DNA of 17,147 nucleotides, taken from Promethearchaeota archaeon (lineage in GTDB: Archaea; Asgardarchaeota; Lokiarchaeia; Sigyniarchaeales; SOKP01). Shown piece after piece: positions 16,233 to 17,147 of the stretch. How positions within the stretch are numbered: the stretch's first letter is position 1; each line of letters opens with the position of its first letter. The stretch spans positions 1,182 through 18,328 of the forward strand of contig JBHLOI010000056.1 in NCBI GenBank assembly GCA_048940645.1, given 5' to 3'. A program made the translations under genes and the position numbers. The notes under the pieces were generated by a model, which saw only the letters and a program-made list of their open reading frames with translations, had not been told where the DNA came from and ran no database searches.

Positions 16233-17147
16233 TTACTCAGAAGTATTTCCTCCTTCTTTTTTTGTATTTTTTAATCTTAGATCATCAAAATCTAATTTAT
16301 CAGCATCTAGAATTTGGCGACTATTAATTATATTTTCATTAATTATATTTTGGCGTGTTTGGAGAGTAATAGGCTTTAGCTTTTTATTTTTGCTAATTTT
16401 TTTTCTTAATTTCCTAATTTTTCTTACTTTCGGTGGATACTTAAAATGTTTTTGATATATTATAAAGAAAGTGCTAAGCCCAGCAACACCAGCAGCGAGT
16501 AAGATTATAATAATTGTGATATTAAGTCCTGGTTCTGCTATAGCATTCAAAATTATTTCGAAATCTTCAAATTCATAATTTTCTCCAGCGAAAGCAGAGA
16601 TGGTTATGATATATGATCCCGCAGGTACATTCTGTAATAATGCTTCATAAATACCATCATTATCAGGATCTTGTAATTGACCCTGTCCATGAGCCCATCT
16701 ATAAGTAACTGTGGCATTTTTAATAGTACCCCCAAAATCTGTATTATTAAGAACAACCTTTATACGAAAATTATCTCCTGGTTCTATATCTATGTAGTTT
16801 CCTCCTGAAGTAGTATTAATCAATGTATTAATTCTACGAACAGTAATTCTTAAATCGATAGTAATTATTCGGTAATTCGTAGCTTGGGCTATAATAGTAA
16901 ATAATTTAACACCAATTCCTAAATTGCTAGTATCAAGAATTATTGAATAATGTGAAAACATCAAATTCTCAGTTAAATTCTCTGTGAGTCCTTCACCAAT
17001 TAGTTGCAATGCGGCTCCATTTATGTTTAATGTAGTTTTATTGTCTAAATAGCACAGGGTGATATTTACAAAGCTGCCTATAGGCAGTTCTAAGACAGGA
17101 TCAATGGTAGTTTCATTTCCATTTAGATATAAAAGCAATTGAGTTGC
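16233..17147 (-). CDS. C-terminal part of a third paralogous surface protein, 5'-truncated by the window edge (surface protein 3)
   Basis: The frame is open to the window end (ATQLLLYLNG...). It contains the last stalk repeat, the DPDNDGIY domain, TM and tail YQKHFKYPPKVRKIRKL. The TTG start in the ORF track is probably an edge artefact. Confidence 0.85.
   Translation of the reverse strand, partial: ATQLLLYLNGNETTIDPVLELPIGSFVNITLCYLDNKTTLNINGAALQLIGEGLTENLTENLMFSHYSIILDTSNLGIGVKLFTIIAQATNYRIITIDLRITVRRINTLINTTSGGNYIDIEPGDNFRIKVVLNNTDFGGTIKNATVTYRWAHGQGQLQDPDNDGIYEALLQNVPAGSYIITISAFAGENYEFEDFEIILNAIAEPGLNITIIIILLAAGVAGLSTFFIIYQKHFKYPPKVRKIRKLRKKISKNKKLKPITLQTRQNIINENIINSRQILDADKLDFDDLRLKNTKKEGGNTSE

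Overview
AT-rich archaeal DNA, most likely an Asgard archaeon (Lokiarchaeia-like). This is inferred from the protein content (LRR protein, uDENN/longin-like proteins, TrmB-like regulator, large Ig-repeat surface proteins) and TATA-type promoters, not from a marker gene. The left 4 kb holds a truncated membrane-protein gene, an LRR+winged-helix gene, a small 3-TM gene, an unannotated ~210-nt GC-rich structured element (candidate ncRNA, 2091-2300), a start-less paralogous copy of the winged-helix domain and an MFS exporter. The right 13 kb is one co-oriented minus-strand cluster. It has three paralogous surface proteins (variable N-terminal head, 101-aa Ig-like stalk repeats, DxDxDG membrane-proximal domain, one C-terminal TM helix, conserved cytoplasmic YQxHFKYPPxVRKIRKL tail). 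Two of them are translationally coupled to paralogous ~375-aa cytoplasmic proteins (uDENN/longin-like N-terminus plus tandem winged helices). The cluster ends in a TrmB-like regulator with a long coiled-coil insertion. It is the best candidate for an undescribed system: a surface receptor/adhesin-longin adaptor-regulator module. All fold assignments were made by eye and need HMM or structure confirmation.
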